64,000 nucleotides of DNA from a virus (lineage: Duplodnaviria; Caudoviricetes). Numbering within the stretch: position 1 is the first letter of the stretch; each line of letters begins with the position of its first letter. Below are positions 27,790 to 36,510 of this stretch, piece by piece. Where the stretch lies: IMG/VR virus record IMGVR_UViG_3300046004_001292, positions 1,395 to 65,394 of that record. The stretch is one strand, 5' to 3'. The notes under the pieces are model-generated. The model did no database searches. It saw only the letters and a list, made by a program, of their open reading frames with translations, and had not been told where the DNA came from. A program made the translations under genes and the position numbers.

Positions 27790-28106
27790 GGTTGCTCCTG
27801 TTGGTAGTCCATCGGCCCGACCGGCGCACTCAAGTCGGGATTCTTGATGATGTTGAAAATGCGCGTGTTGTCTTCGAGGGCCATCAATTCATGAGGCTCT
27901 CCGGCGCGGAAATCCAAAAGCTGCCCAGCGGTTGCCTCCAGCGACCAGTCATGGGAGTACGCCTTGAGCTTTCCACGGGCAACAATGGTGATGTGCGCGG
28001 TCTCCTCGGTATGGTTGTGCTTTGGCAGCACATCCCCCGCTTTCTCGAAGTCGTACTTAAAGCCTCGGATTGACCCGAGGTCTTTAAGAGGCTTAATCGA
28101 CAACAT
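27786..28106 (-). CDS. Cupin-fold protein
   Basis: LPKHNH...HITIVARG...PHELMALED metal-binding cupin motifs. Confidence 0.8.
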   Translation of the reverse strand: MLSIKPLKDLGSIRGFKYDFEKAGDVLPKHNHTEETAHITIVARGKLKAYSHDWSLEATAGQLLDFRAGEPHELMALEDNTRIFNIIKNPDLSAPVGPMDYQQEQP

Positions 28107-28533
28107 TTGGCGTGCTTCCCGGTGCGGCAGTGTCGCCTGTTGGTGTGACTTGCACCCAAGACAATGTGGCCTCGTCCCACTCGTAATACGGCGGATTGTT
28201 TGGTACCGGCATCGGGATTGGAGCTTCCCACAAATAAGAGAAACTGTTCATCACCCACGACGGGTACGGGGATGGCGGGGTAAAACCAGCGCCTTCTGGG
28301 CCATCAGGAAGCCATGTGTATCCGATACCTGCAAAGTTTTTGCGAAACGCTTTGGATTGGTCTGGATCAGGCGTATTGGTGTTGGGGGTGTAATAAATAC
28401 CGCCCCGGGTGTTATAGCTGGTCTGCACAAAAGTGGCCGGGTCTCCCCAGTTCCCTGTGTCGATCTCAGCTTGGTCAATGACCAGCACACGCCGAACAAT
28501 GTTGTTCTCGTCGATTTGGGCAAATTGGCTCAT
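28093..28533 (-). CDS. Tail-fibre-associated protein
   Basis: QTSYN...FRKNFAGIGYT...PYPSW...WEAP.P.P...W; follows the glycine-rich fibre gene. Confidence 0.65.
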   Translation of the reverse strand: MSQFAQIDENNIVRRVLVIDQAEIDTGNWGDPATFVQTSYNTRGGIYYTPNTNTPDPDQSKAFRKNFAGIGYTWLPDGPEGAGFTPPSPYPSWVMNSFSYLWEAPIPMPVPNNPPYYEWDEATLSWVQVTPTGDTAAPGSTPNVVD

Positions 28534-29498
28534 GCTACGTATGTCCCAGAAGATGTGAAGGTATGGTAGGTGTACCCGCCTGCAGAGGTAACGGTTCCGC
28601 CTGTACCGCGCTGTGCTCCGAGGTAACGAATAATCACGACGCCAGAACCACCAGCATTCGCCCCCGGGTAGTTAGCATTTCCGAAGCCGCCACCACCGCC
28701 GCCAGTGTTTGCAGAACCGCTTGCAGGAGATGTATTAAATCCGCCGCCAATAGCGCCGCCTCCGGAACCACCCGATCCTCTTCCACAATAAAAGTTACCG
28801 CCACCGCCACCGCCACCAGCATAAGTAGTGCCGTTACTCCATGCCGTTCCGCCTCCGCCATTACCGGCACTGCCAAAAGCGTTACCACTACCCCCCACCG
28901 CTCCCGCGCCGCCGCCACCGCCACCAGCCAAAGCGGAGTTTCCGCAGCAATCAGTAAAGTTTGAGCTGCTCCCACCGTTATTGCCCTGACCTGCAATCCC
29001 CGCTGCGCCCGCAAAAGCAAGAACAGCGCTTGCGCCGCCACCAGAACCTCCCGAATTGCCGCTTGCTGATGCTCCGCCACCCGTCCCGCCGCCAGTGGAG
29101 GTGATTGTCAAAAAGGAAGTGTTGGAGCCGTTTGCACCGGATGCCCCGCCACTACCTACAGTTACTGCGTTTGAGGAGCCAGAATTTATGCTGCCCGATG
29201 CCGTGCGATAGCCTCCTGCGCCGCCGCCACCACTACCGCCGCCACCGTAGTTAGATTGAAAGATACCACCGCCCGCCCCGCCAGCAACAACCAAATACTC
29301 AATGGTGTAAGCGTTCGACTTCCCGTAAAGCGAATTCATGCTCCATGAGGTGCCGCTTCCGCCAACACCCGCAAGAGTGCGGACTGCTGCATCGTTCATT
29401 GAGATAGTCGCGGTCAGGCTCAGACCGAGTTCTTGAGCGACACTGACTGGGCTTGATGTGCCTCCCATGTTCAGGGGGCCGCTTGCTGGCATTACCAT
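28530..29498 (-). CDS. Glycine-rich tail fibre/adhesin
   Basis: YLVVAGGAGGG, ANTGGGGGG, GGSGVVIIRY and YTYHTFTSSGT motifs. Confidence 0.75.
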   Translation of the reverse strand: MVMPASGPLNMGGTSSPVSVAQELGLSLTATISMNDAAVRTLAGVGGSGTSWSMNSLYGKSNAYTIEYLVVAGGAGGGIFQSNYGGGGSGGGGAGGYRTASGSINSGSSNAVTVGSGGASGANGSNTSFLTITSTGGGTGGGASASGNSGGSGGGASAVLAFAGAAGIAGQGNNGGSSSNFTDCCGNSALAGGGGGGAGAVGGSGNAFGSAGNGGGGTAWSNGTTYAGGGGGGGNFYCGRGSGGSGGGAIGGGFNTSPASGSANTGGGGGGFGNANYPGANAGGSGVVIIRYLGAQRGTGGTVTSAGGYTYHTFTSSGTYVA

Positions 29499-29507
29499 GT
29501 TCGCTCC

Positions 29508-30389
29508 TTATGGGGTGCCGTAGGCGGTGATGTTGTCTTTGGCGATCAGAGCGCCTGCGCTGCTGAACGAGGCAACCACGGTGCCGCCGTACTTGATCAC
29601 GAGCTTACCGCCTTCTTCCATGATTGTGAAGTTGGTTGTTGTCAGGCTTGTGACGGAGCCGCCCAGCGTGATGTTGCCCGTGGATGTCACCGTGCCCGAA
29701 AGCGTCAGGCCGTTGGCGGAGCCAGTACCTGCAACCGAAGTCACAGTACCTGTGGCTGTACCAGCGCCGATGGCTGTGCGGAAGTCCGATGCACTCAGAG
29801 ACGAGACGGTGTTGTCCGCATTGAAGCGTGGGAATGTCACCGCGCTTGGATTGGTGATCGTGAAGAGGTTGCCGCCCAGCGTTGTTGCGCCGAAGTTGGT
29901 CCGTGCCGCTGATGCAGTTGACGCGCCTGATCCACCAGAGGCAACAGGCAGGGCCGTCAGCAAAGTCAAGGAAGACAGAAAGCTGATCTGCTCGCCCACA
30001 TCCGTGCCGTTGTTGTACACCACCGTGCGCGTGCCGGGAGGGACTGCCACACCGGTCAGGCCCGAGACCTTGACCGTCACAGCGAAGCTGGAGCCGTTGA
30101 TGATCAGGTAGGGCTTCTGGATGGCCGGGACGTTGATCGTGCCCGCAGCAGACACCGCGCCAGAGGCAATGTTCAAACACAGTGCCCGGGCATCCTGCGC
30201 CGCCGTGGTGTTGGCCAGCGTCAGTGTTGCCACGTTGGCCGTAAAGTCGCCGGAGTCCAGAGTGGCCATGCCCACAATGGCCTGCTCGATGGCAGTACCA
30301 ATGTTGGAGTTGGTCGTGGTGCCCCAAGCGCCTGACTGCTCACCGTTGCCGATCAGCTCAAACTTGAGGTTGGAGAAGGTGCTTGACAT
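29508..30389 (-). CDS. Tail protein
   Basis: GEQSGAWGTTTN N-terminus; LPVASGGSGA and GTVTSV fibre motifs. Confidence 0.7.
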   Translation of the reverse strand: MSSTFSNLKFELIGNGEQSGAWGTTTNSNIGTAIEQAIVGMATLDSGDFTANVATLTLANTTAAQDARALCLNIASGAVSAAGTINVPAIQKPYLIINGSSFAVTVKVSGLTGVAVPPGTRTVVYNNGTDVGEQISFLSSLTLLTALPVASGGSGASTASAARTNFGATTLGGNLFTITNPSAVTFPRFNADNTVSSLSASDFRTAIGAGTATGTVTSVAGTGSANGLTLSGTVTSTGNITLGGSVTSLTTTNFTIMEEGGKLVIKYGGTVVASFSSAGALIAKDNITAYGTP

Positions 30390-30391
30390 GA

Positions 30392-32656
30392 TTATCCTTT
30401 CGCCTCAAGGGCGGCTACACGGGCTTCAAGTTCGTTGATTGCGGCCAACAGCAAGGGCACAAGGCGTTCGTACCGAACCGTCAAATACTTGTCGTCGATA
30501 GGGGCTGGAGCAACAACCTCCGGCATGATGGCCTGCACCTGTTGAGCGGAAACACCGACTTCACGGACAGAGACATACCCGAGCGCCTGAGCAGTTTCAT
30601 TGGCATGGTAGTAGAAGCTGTCTAGTGTGCGAACCTTGGCCAGTGCATTCTCAATACTGCCAATACGGGTCTTCAGCCGATCGTCAGAGTAGTACGCCGT
30701 GACGTTGTTGGTTGCGCGAATTTCACCAGCGGTGCCAGACGCCGCAGTGCCAACACCCAAGGAAGCCAACTGCGTGTTTGTGTTTGTTGCTTGCCGGGAG
30801 TCGCTCAAGCGAGAGTCGTTTCCTTGACAGGCAGTGCCCGAAGAGGTGCCGTACGAAACGGTGGCAGTTACCGCAGCGGAGCCATTGAAGCTCGTGCCCG
30901 TAAGGCCTGTGCCGAGGGTCAGTGCATTGGTTGTATTAGCTGTTACCGTGATGTTTGCGGAGCCGTTAAACGACACGCTGTTGATGGTTCTGGCCGTTTG
31001 AAGTGTTGTTGCAGTGCTGGCATTCCCGCTCAACGCCGCAGTAATCGTGCCCGCGCTGAAGTTGCCTGAGCCATCACGAGCTACAACTTTACCTGCTGTG
31101 TTGGCATCTGTAGCATCCACTGCCGCAGTGACTGCGCCAGAGCCGTTGTAGCTTGTACCGGTCAGATACGAACCCAATGTCAAAGCGTTCAGGTTGCTGC
31201 CCAAAGCCACGCCCGAGATCGTGCCAGCACTCCATGTAAACGCTGAGCCGTTCCAGTTCAGGACTTGGTTGGATGCCGAAGGCGCTGTGGCAAAGCCTGT
31301 GGTGCCCGAGCCGGTCTGGTATGCGATCCGGTTGGCCGCGCCGCCTGCAAGGTTGGTCGCTGTGGTCGCGCTGGTTGCTGCACCGCTCAGTGTGGCAGTA
31401 ATGGTCCCTGCGCTGAAGTTGCCCGAAGCGTCACGCGCCACAACCTTGGAGGCCGTGTTTGCATCCGTGGCATCCACAGCAAAGGTGCGGGCTGCTGAGC
31501 CATCAAACGTGCCCGCAGCGGTCAGGAATGTGCCTGCCGTCAGGGCGTTGGCCACCGATCCGGCTTGGCCTGAGATGTTGCCCGACACCGCTGCACCCGA
31601 GATGGCGATGGCCGTGGGGGTGACGCCCGTGACTTGACCCTGTGCGTTCGTGGTGATCACCGGGACAGAAGATGCTGAGCCGTACGTGCCCGCAGTGCCA
31701 GTGTTGGTGATGCTGAACTGTGTGCCGGAGAGGGTCAGGCCCGTGCCTGCGCTGTAAATCTGCGCTGAGCTGATCTGGGCAAACGTGATGTTGGTTGTGC
31801 CAAACGTGATGACACCCGTCGTGTTGCAGGTGTATGTCTCGCCAGCGCCGGTTGTACCCTGCTGCACGAAAAACGTGGAGCCCTCGCTCAACGTGTCAGG
31901 ACCAGCAAAACCGAAAGTGTCTGTGTCGTCTGAGCGCGTCAACACCCAGTTGGTTGAGCCCGAACCCACATCAGTGACCACATAGACACCGTTTTGGGTC
32001 TGCGTGGTTTGCTGGTACACCAGCACGCGGTCTGCTACGCTAACCGTCACACCGTCGATCACCAAAGCAGCTTGAGTGCCTGCGTTGGTCAAGGTTGCGC
32101 CCACACCGGCTGTGCCGTTGTTGTAGGTTGCGTTCAGGTTGATCGGTGATTCCACCCGCACTGGCTGGTGGAAATGGATGCCAGAAGCTACCAGCGTATC
32201 CACATAGTTCTTGTTGACCAGATCATTGCCCGTGGCTGGAGTGGTTGTGATCGTGCCTGCAGTGATGTTGGCCGTGGTGATATTGGCGGTGCTTGCGCCC
32301 AAGGTGCCGATGTCCAGCGCTGTGACGGCGGAGCCCGCTGCGTCCAGATACACCGAACGCGACGATGGGTAGGTGACAAACACGTCCTTGGAGCCAGCGG
32401 CAAAATCTACCAGCGAGCCAGCATTGCTGGACGAAACCACGGTCGTGCGTGACAGGGTTGTGCCAGAAGAGGTGTATGTGCCAACACCCACCTCCCAAGC
32501 GCCCGTGGCAGCATCCACGATGGCATAAAAGGTTTGGTTGCCGTTACCAACAGCGGCAAAGGATTGGAACCCTGCGGCTGCGCCAGCCAACGTAACCGTG
32601 CCGGTGCCGGTTGTTGTGGTTGTTTCCTTGACGCGATCTTTGAGTGCCAATGCCAT
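30392..32656 (-). CDS. Tail fibre with C-terminal intramolecular chaperone (peptidase S74-like)
   Basis: DRVKETTTTTGTG N-terminus; internal repeats; YYSDDRLK cleavage motif; GVSAQQV...PEVV and a terminal coiled coil. Confidence 0.88.
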   Translation of the reverse strand: MALALKDRVKETTTTTGTGTVTLAGAAAGFQSFAAVGNGNQTFYAIVDAATGAWEVGVGTYTSSGTTLSRTTVVSSSNAGSLVDFAAGSKDVFVTYPSSRSVYLDAAGSAVTALDIGTLGASTANITTANITAGTITTTPATGNDLVNKNYVDTLVASGIHFHQPVRVESPINLNATYNNGTAGVGATLTNAGTQAALVIDGVTVSVADRVLVYQQTTQTQNGVYVVTDVGSGSTNWVLTRSDDTDTFGFAGPDTLSEGSTFFVQQGTTGAGETYTCNTTGVITFGTTNITFAQISSAQIYSAGTGLTLSGTQFSITNTGTAGTYGSASSVPVITTNAQGQVTGVTPTAIAISGAAVSGNISGQAGSVANALTAGTFLTAAGTFDGSAARTFAVDATDANTASKVVARDASGNFSAGTITATLSGAATSATTATNLAGGAANRIAYQTGSGTTGFATAPSASNQVLNWNGSAFTWSAGTISGVALGSNLNALTLGSYLTGTSYNGSGAVTAAVDATDANTAGKVVARDGSGNFSAGTITAALSGNASTATTLQTARTINSVSFNGSANITVTANTTNALTLGTGLTGTSFNGSAAVTATVSYGTSSGTACQGNDSRLSDSRQATNTNTQLASLGVGTAASGTAGEIRATNNVTAYYSDDRLKTRIGSIENALAKVRTLDSFYYHANETAQALGYVSVREVGVSAQQVQAIMPEVVAPAPIDDKYLTVRYERLVPLLLAAINELEARVAALEAKG

Positions 32657-32665
32657 TTTTAATCC

Positions 32666-33316
32666 TTACGACGGTAGTTGCGTCCAGCCGGGAGACTGGT
32701 CGGTGTCAATTGTTGCCCAGACCAACTCCCCGCCGATGTTAATGTAGAGTTGTACACCTGTTGGGTACACGTTGGCTTCCTTGACAACGCCCAGAGTGCT
32801 CAAAGCACTGACGGCTTCCGCAATTGACACATTCACACTAAGCTGGGCCACTTGGGCCGTAGTACCCGTAGCGCTTTCTGCAATGGCCACAGAGACCAGA
32901 AGGCCCCGGTTTGAAGAGTCCGCTCCAGTGGCTGCTTCGGCCTGCGCGGCCAAGACTGTACCTGCTGCAGTCTGCGTTGCTGTGCCGGTGGTGCTCTCCG
33001 CCTGCGCTGCCAAGAAGGTGCCAATGGCCGTCTGGGCTGCTGCAGCCCCGGCCTGTTCCAGAGCGTTGGCCACCATGGTGGCAATAACGGACTGGGCATC
33101 TGCGGCAGCGGCTGTCTCTGCCTGTGTCGCCACCATGGTGGCAATGACGGACTGGGCATCTTGGGCGGTTGCACCCTCATCTACCCTCTTCCCGCGAATA
33201 ACGCTTGGGGCCTCAGACAACTCGGACGCTGTAGCGGCGTCCGAAACAGAGACGGCAAACGTGTTCCCGCCTAAAGAGGCGAAGGGTGCTTGGGCAAAAG
33301 TGACATCACCAAACAC
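32666..33316 (-). CDS. Ala-rich repetitive tail protein
   Basis: MFG...FAQAPFA start; roughly 19-aa A/T/Q repeats (DAQSVIATMVA twice). Confidence 0.65.
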   Translation of the reverse strand: MFGDVTFAQAPFASLGGNTFAVSVSDAATASELSEAPSVIRGKRVDEGATAQDAQSVIATMVATQAETAAAADAQSVIATMVANALEQAGAAAAQTAIGTFLAAQAESTTGTATQTAAGTVLAAQAEAATGADSSNRGLLVSVAIAESATGTTAQVAQLSVNVSIAEAVSALSTLGVVKEANVYPTGVQLYINIGGELVWATIDTDQSPGWTQLPS

Positions 33317-33327
33317 CGCACGTCCTA

Positions 33328-33906
33328 TCAGGCTGCGTCAAGCGAGAAAGAGTAGGTGACGTTCAGCGTATCGCCGCTGTCCACAGTCTTGTCACCGCCA
33401 GTGAAGTCACCGGCCGAGAACAAGATGCCGGATGTGCCGCTGCTAACGCTGGTCAAAAACGCGCCCGCAACCACAGTGCTGTTCACCAACATAGCAAACG
33501 AGCTGGCACTGGCGGAGTTGGAAATCACCGATGGGTCAGCCGTGGTGGCCGTGCCAAATGTCACCGCCTTGCGGTTGCCGGTGTAGGCAGTGCCGGGAAC
33601 TAGCTCTGTCCAGCCTGCGTGCGAGGCCAGTGTGTCGCCAGCGGCAAACGATGTGCCGGAGCCGGGACCCTCAACCAAACCCAGATACCAAGCAGCGGTG
33701 TAGCCAGAAGCAGCAAAATACTTGCTGTTCATGTCCTGCAAGCCTTGGTTAACCACGAGGTTGTGGAAGGTGTCCGACCACTTCTCTTTTCCGTCTGCGC
33801 CCACGCAAGTGACGGTAAATACGCCGCCAGCGCCAACACGTTCAGTGCCTGCGCGTTGCGTGATCAGGCCTGCTGTAACGCTGTCTGAAGCTTTGCTGTT
33901 TTCCAT
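33328..33906 (-). CDS. Virion structural protein
   Basis: NLVVNQG...WYLGL...GDTLNVTY beta-rich protein in the tail cluster. Confidence 0.7.
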   Translation of the reverse strand: MENSKASDSVTAGLITQRAGTERVGAGGVFTVTCVGADGKEKWSDTFHNLVVNQGLQDMNSKYFAASGYTAAWYLGLVEGPGSGTSFAAGDTLASHAGWTELVPGTAYTGNRKAVTFGTATTADPSVISNSASASSFAMLVNSTVVAGAFLTSVSSGTSGILFSAGDFTGGDKTVDSGDTLNVTYSFSLDAA

Positions 33907-33915
33907 GATGTGTCC

Positions 33916-34362
33916 TTATGAAATACGCACGATAGCGCTGTTGGCATCGGCAGTTGGGAAAATGACTTGGAAGGTGTCGTTGTTCACGGTCTTGTCTGCG
34001 CCGAAATCTAGCACAGCCACGGACTTGTTGCCCTCGGTGCTGTTGTAGATCAGTGCTGCACGAGCCGTGAATGTTGCGCCCGTCCAAGAGGTGTTGGCAA
34101 AGCTGAAGTAGGCTGTTGGCGTACCCGCCAAGTTGTTGGCTGCCACAGGGGTCACCGTGATGGTCAGCGTGTTGCCGCCCGCCGTGTAGCCAGTACCAAC
34201 GACTTCGCCCGATGTGGTGTACGCCGCAGTGGCGTAGCCAAGATCGGCGGCAGCCGTGTACAGCGCGATCTTGAATGTGTCGGGCGATGTGGGTCCAAAG
34301 TTGTGGATGCCCTGCGGCAGCTCCACTTTGAACGACGTAGTTGCGGTTTGTAGAATTGCCAT
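33916..34362 (-). CDS. Virion structural protein
   Basis: SFKVEL...FKIALYT...GYTAGG...ALIYN...VLDFG. Confidence 0.7.
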   Translation of the reverse strand: MAILQTATTSFKVELPQGIHNFGPTSPDTFKIALYTAAADLGYATAAYTTSGEVVGTGYTAGGNTLTITVTPVAANNLAGTPTAYFSFANTSWTGATFTARAALIYNSTEGNKSVAVLDFGADKTVNNDTFQVIFPTADANSAIVRIS

Positions 34363-34363
34363 A

Positions 34364-35044
34364 TCAGGTCACCCCATTGTTTTGCGGTAGGGGTGGTGCA
34401 CGGAACTGACCGCTTCTGTAAGCGTCGGAACGCTCAAGCCCATCCCCCAGACGTTTGGCCAGCATCATAGCTTCTTTGAACTTGCCGTCGTAGAGCTGCA
34501 TCAAGTCGGTTTCACCCTTCATGTAGGTGTACGCCTCAACCAGCGAACCGTACAACAGCACGCTGTCAAAGTTGTCACCCAGCCACGAAGTGCCCTCATC
34601 AACGATCGATGGGGGGTAGTAGAAGTAATGCAACTCGGCCGTATACGTGCCGTTGGGTGTAGGGCCCAAGATAAACGTCAACTCATTGATGTCACTGGAC
34701 TGTGGGCCAAACAGCGCGTAGTACTTGGGGAAGCCCACGGCGGAAGGTACGGGGTACGCCTGCCGGATGAAGTTCACATCCTTGTTGAGCAGGTACTCGT
34801 ACGCCCCCGTGACGTTGTCCACCACGGCCAGTGAGTAGACCGACAGAAAGTCGCTCGGGCAAGCCAGATACTTGTTGGCCGCAGTCGTCGTGCCCGTGAC
34901 GTTTTTGCGAAGCGAAGGGAACTGCACCATGTTGAAGATGCGCTGCTCAGCCTGCTTCACAAACACGGGGACCTCCGCCTCAAAGGCGGTGTCTTGGTTG
35001 TCTGTGTAGGCGATGATCGCCGCCTTCAACTGGGTGTAGTTCAT
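34364..35044 (-). CDS. Head-tail adaptor / tail tubular protein A-like
   Basis: AEQRI, PKYYA, GPTP and LLYGSLVEAY motifs. Confidence 0.65.
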   Translation of the reverse strand: MNYTQLKAAIIAYTDNQDTAFEAEVPVFVKQAEQRIFNMVQFPSLRKNVTGTTTAANKYLACPSDFLSVYSLAVVDNVTGAYEYLLNKDVNFIRQAYPVPSAVGFPKYYALFGPQSSDINELTFILGPTPNGTYTAELHYFYYPPSIVDEGTSWLGDNFDSVLLYGSLVEAYTYMKGETDLMQLYDGKFKEAMMLAKRLGDGLERSDAYRSGQFRAPPLPQNNGVT

Positions 35045-35051
35045 TCAGTCC

Positions 35052-35252
35052 TCACGCCATGGGCCCACGGGCCATCGTGCCTTTGGTAGCCGCGCCAGTG
35101 CCACGAATTTTGATACCGCTGGTTTTGACGCCGGGATACTCGTTGCTGTGGTTGTTGGCCACGGACACGTTGGTGTCCCTCATCGCCTTCATGGCGTTGG
35201 TCTTGGGCAGCACAGCAGGCTGCGCGGCTTTGGGTTGTTTGTATGTTGCCAT
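35052..35252 (-). CDS. Small basic protein
   Basis: IRGTGAATKG motif; coupled to neighbouring genes. Confidence 0.7.
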   Translation of the reverse strand: MATYKQPKAAQPAVLPKTNAMKAMRDTNVSVANNHSNEYPGVKTSGIKIRGTGAATKGTMARGPMA

Positions 35253-35253
35253 A

Positions 35254-35418
35254 TCAACCCCCCTTGCGGCCGGGAGACTTCTGGTTGGCGACTTTGGCCA
35301 AGTTGCGTCCCATCTTCAGCATGTCGCTGTTGGTCTTGCCACCAGCACGCAGCTTGGTGGGCTTTGCACCGGGGTGCAGGTTTGCTTCGTGCTTGCGCAC
35401 TGCGGTTTTTGCGTCCAT
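35254..35418 (-). CDS. Small basic 54-aa protein (not in ORF track)
   Basis: MDAKTAVRKHEANLHPGAKPTKLRAGGKT...GRNLAKVANQK; AGGAG RBS. Confidence 0.65.
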   Translation of the reverse strand: MDAKTAVRKHEANLHPGAKPTKLRAGGKTNSDMLKMGRNLAKVANQKSPGRKGG

Positions 35419-35419
35419 G

Positions 35420-35812
35420 TCAGACTCCTATCTGTACCGTTACTGTACCAACTTCCACGTTCAACGCCAAATAGTTCGGCGTCAACGCGTTATCAAAGAA
35501 CCGGGACCCGCCAACCGGGTTCCAGCCCCACTGAATGTCTCTCGATCCGCCGGTCAGGTTACCCGCCGCGTTCGGCCCGGCCGTCACGTACGTGGTGTCC
35601 CGGCGGGGGTTGCGCACGGCCTGCGGATCATCTACCGGGTACATCCCCAGCAACAGCTGTGGGTGGTCCGGGTCCCAGCACGTGTCGCACACCATGAGGT
35701 TGTACCGCTTGGTCTTGATGACCTCTGTGCGCAACGAGGTCAGTTTGAAGCGAAAGCCACAACGATCGCACTGGGCGATCGAGTTCTTGGCGCTGGCAAA
35801 CCGATTACCCAT
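35420..35812 (-). CDS. Zn-finger-containing late protein
   Basis: CDRCG...VCDTCWDPDHPQ. Confidence 0.7.
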   Translation of the reverse strand: MGNRFASAKNSIAQCDRCGFRFKLTSLRTEVIKTKRYNLMVCDTCWDPDHPQLLLGMYPVDDPQAVRNPRRDTTYVTAGPNAAGNLTGGSRDIQWGWNPVGGSRFFDNALTPNYLALNVEVGTVTVQIGV

Positions 35813-36510
35813 TACGTCCCGCTCCCAATGAACATCTGACGCGGCACAAACCGCACAGACGCCTTCTCGCGATCTTCATCAGAGGCCAGTTGCCAAGCCT
35901 CATCGTACTGCTGTTTCAAAACACCCATACGATCGGCACCGCCGGGCACCTTCAGGGCCAAGTAGTAGGCCAAGCCTGCCACCATGCAGGGGACAAACCG
36001 GAAGGGCATGTCCATCGTGTTGACGCCGTTGCCAGCGTCTTGGATGCGCTTCATGCGCCAGTACACGAACGTGTAGGGCTGCGAGTTGTCCGGGACTGGC
36101 CAGACGGTGATGCGCGGGGTGTTCAAGCGCTCAATCCAGACCTGAATGGGTCGGGCTTGCTGCAGCTTGTTGGGGATGGTGGCGTAGGTGGAGACGCTGA
36201 TCCGGGTAATGGTCAGGTCCGCCTGCGTCGAGGCGCTGCCCGCGCCCGTGCGAACCACATGCTCCAGCAGGTCCACTGTGTCGGCCGGAAGGTCGTATGT
36301 TGCCGTGCCTGCCACCAGATTGATGGAGCCCTGCTCGAACGTCCACATGTTGACGCCACGGTTGGCCCAGTCGGCAAACATCAGGTTCAGCGATCGGCGG
36401 GCCGTGCGCAGGTCGTAACCCGTACGCATCTCCGAACCCACGCGCTCGAACGCCTCCTCGACGATCTCCGTCAAATCGAGGTTGAATGCAGAGGTGCCAG
36501 AAGTTGCCAT
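35812..36510 (-). CDS. P22 gp4-like head-tail adaptor
   Basis: EEAFER.G, ARRSLNL...WANRG, WPVPD and GLAYYLA. Confidence 0.7.
   Translation of the reverse strand: MATSGTSAFNLDLTEIVEEAFERVGSEMRTGYDLRTARRSLNLMFADWANRGVNMWTFEQGSINLVAGTATYDLPADTVDLLEHVVRTGAGSASTQADLTITRISVSTYATIPNKLQQARPIQVWIERLNTPRITVWPVPDNSQPYTFVYWRMKRIQDAGNGVNTMDMPFRFVPCMVAGLAYYLALKVPGGADRMGVLKQQYDEAWQLASDEDREKASVRFVPRQMFIGSGT

Noticed and set aside
28530-32656. Diversity-generating retroelement or invertible tail-fibre cassette
   Set aside because: No reverse transcriptase, invertase or template/variable repeat pair was seen.
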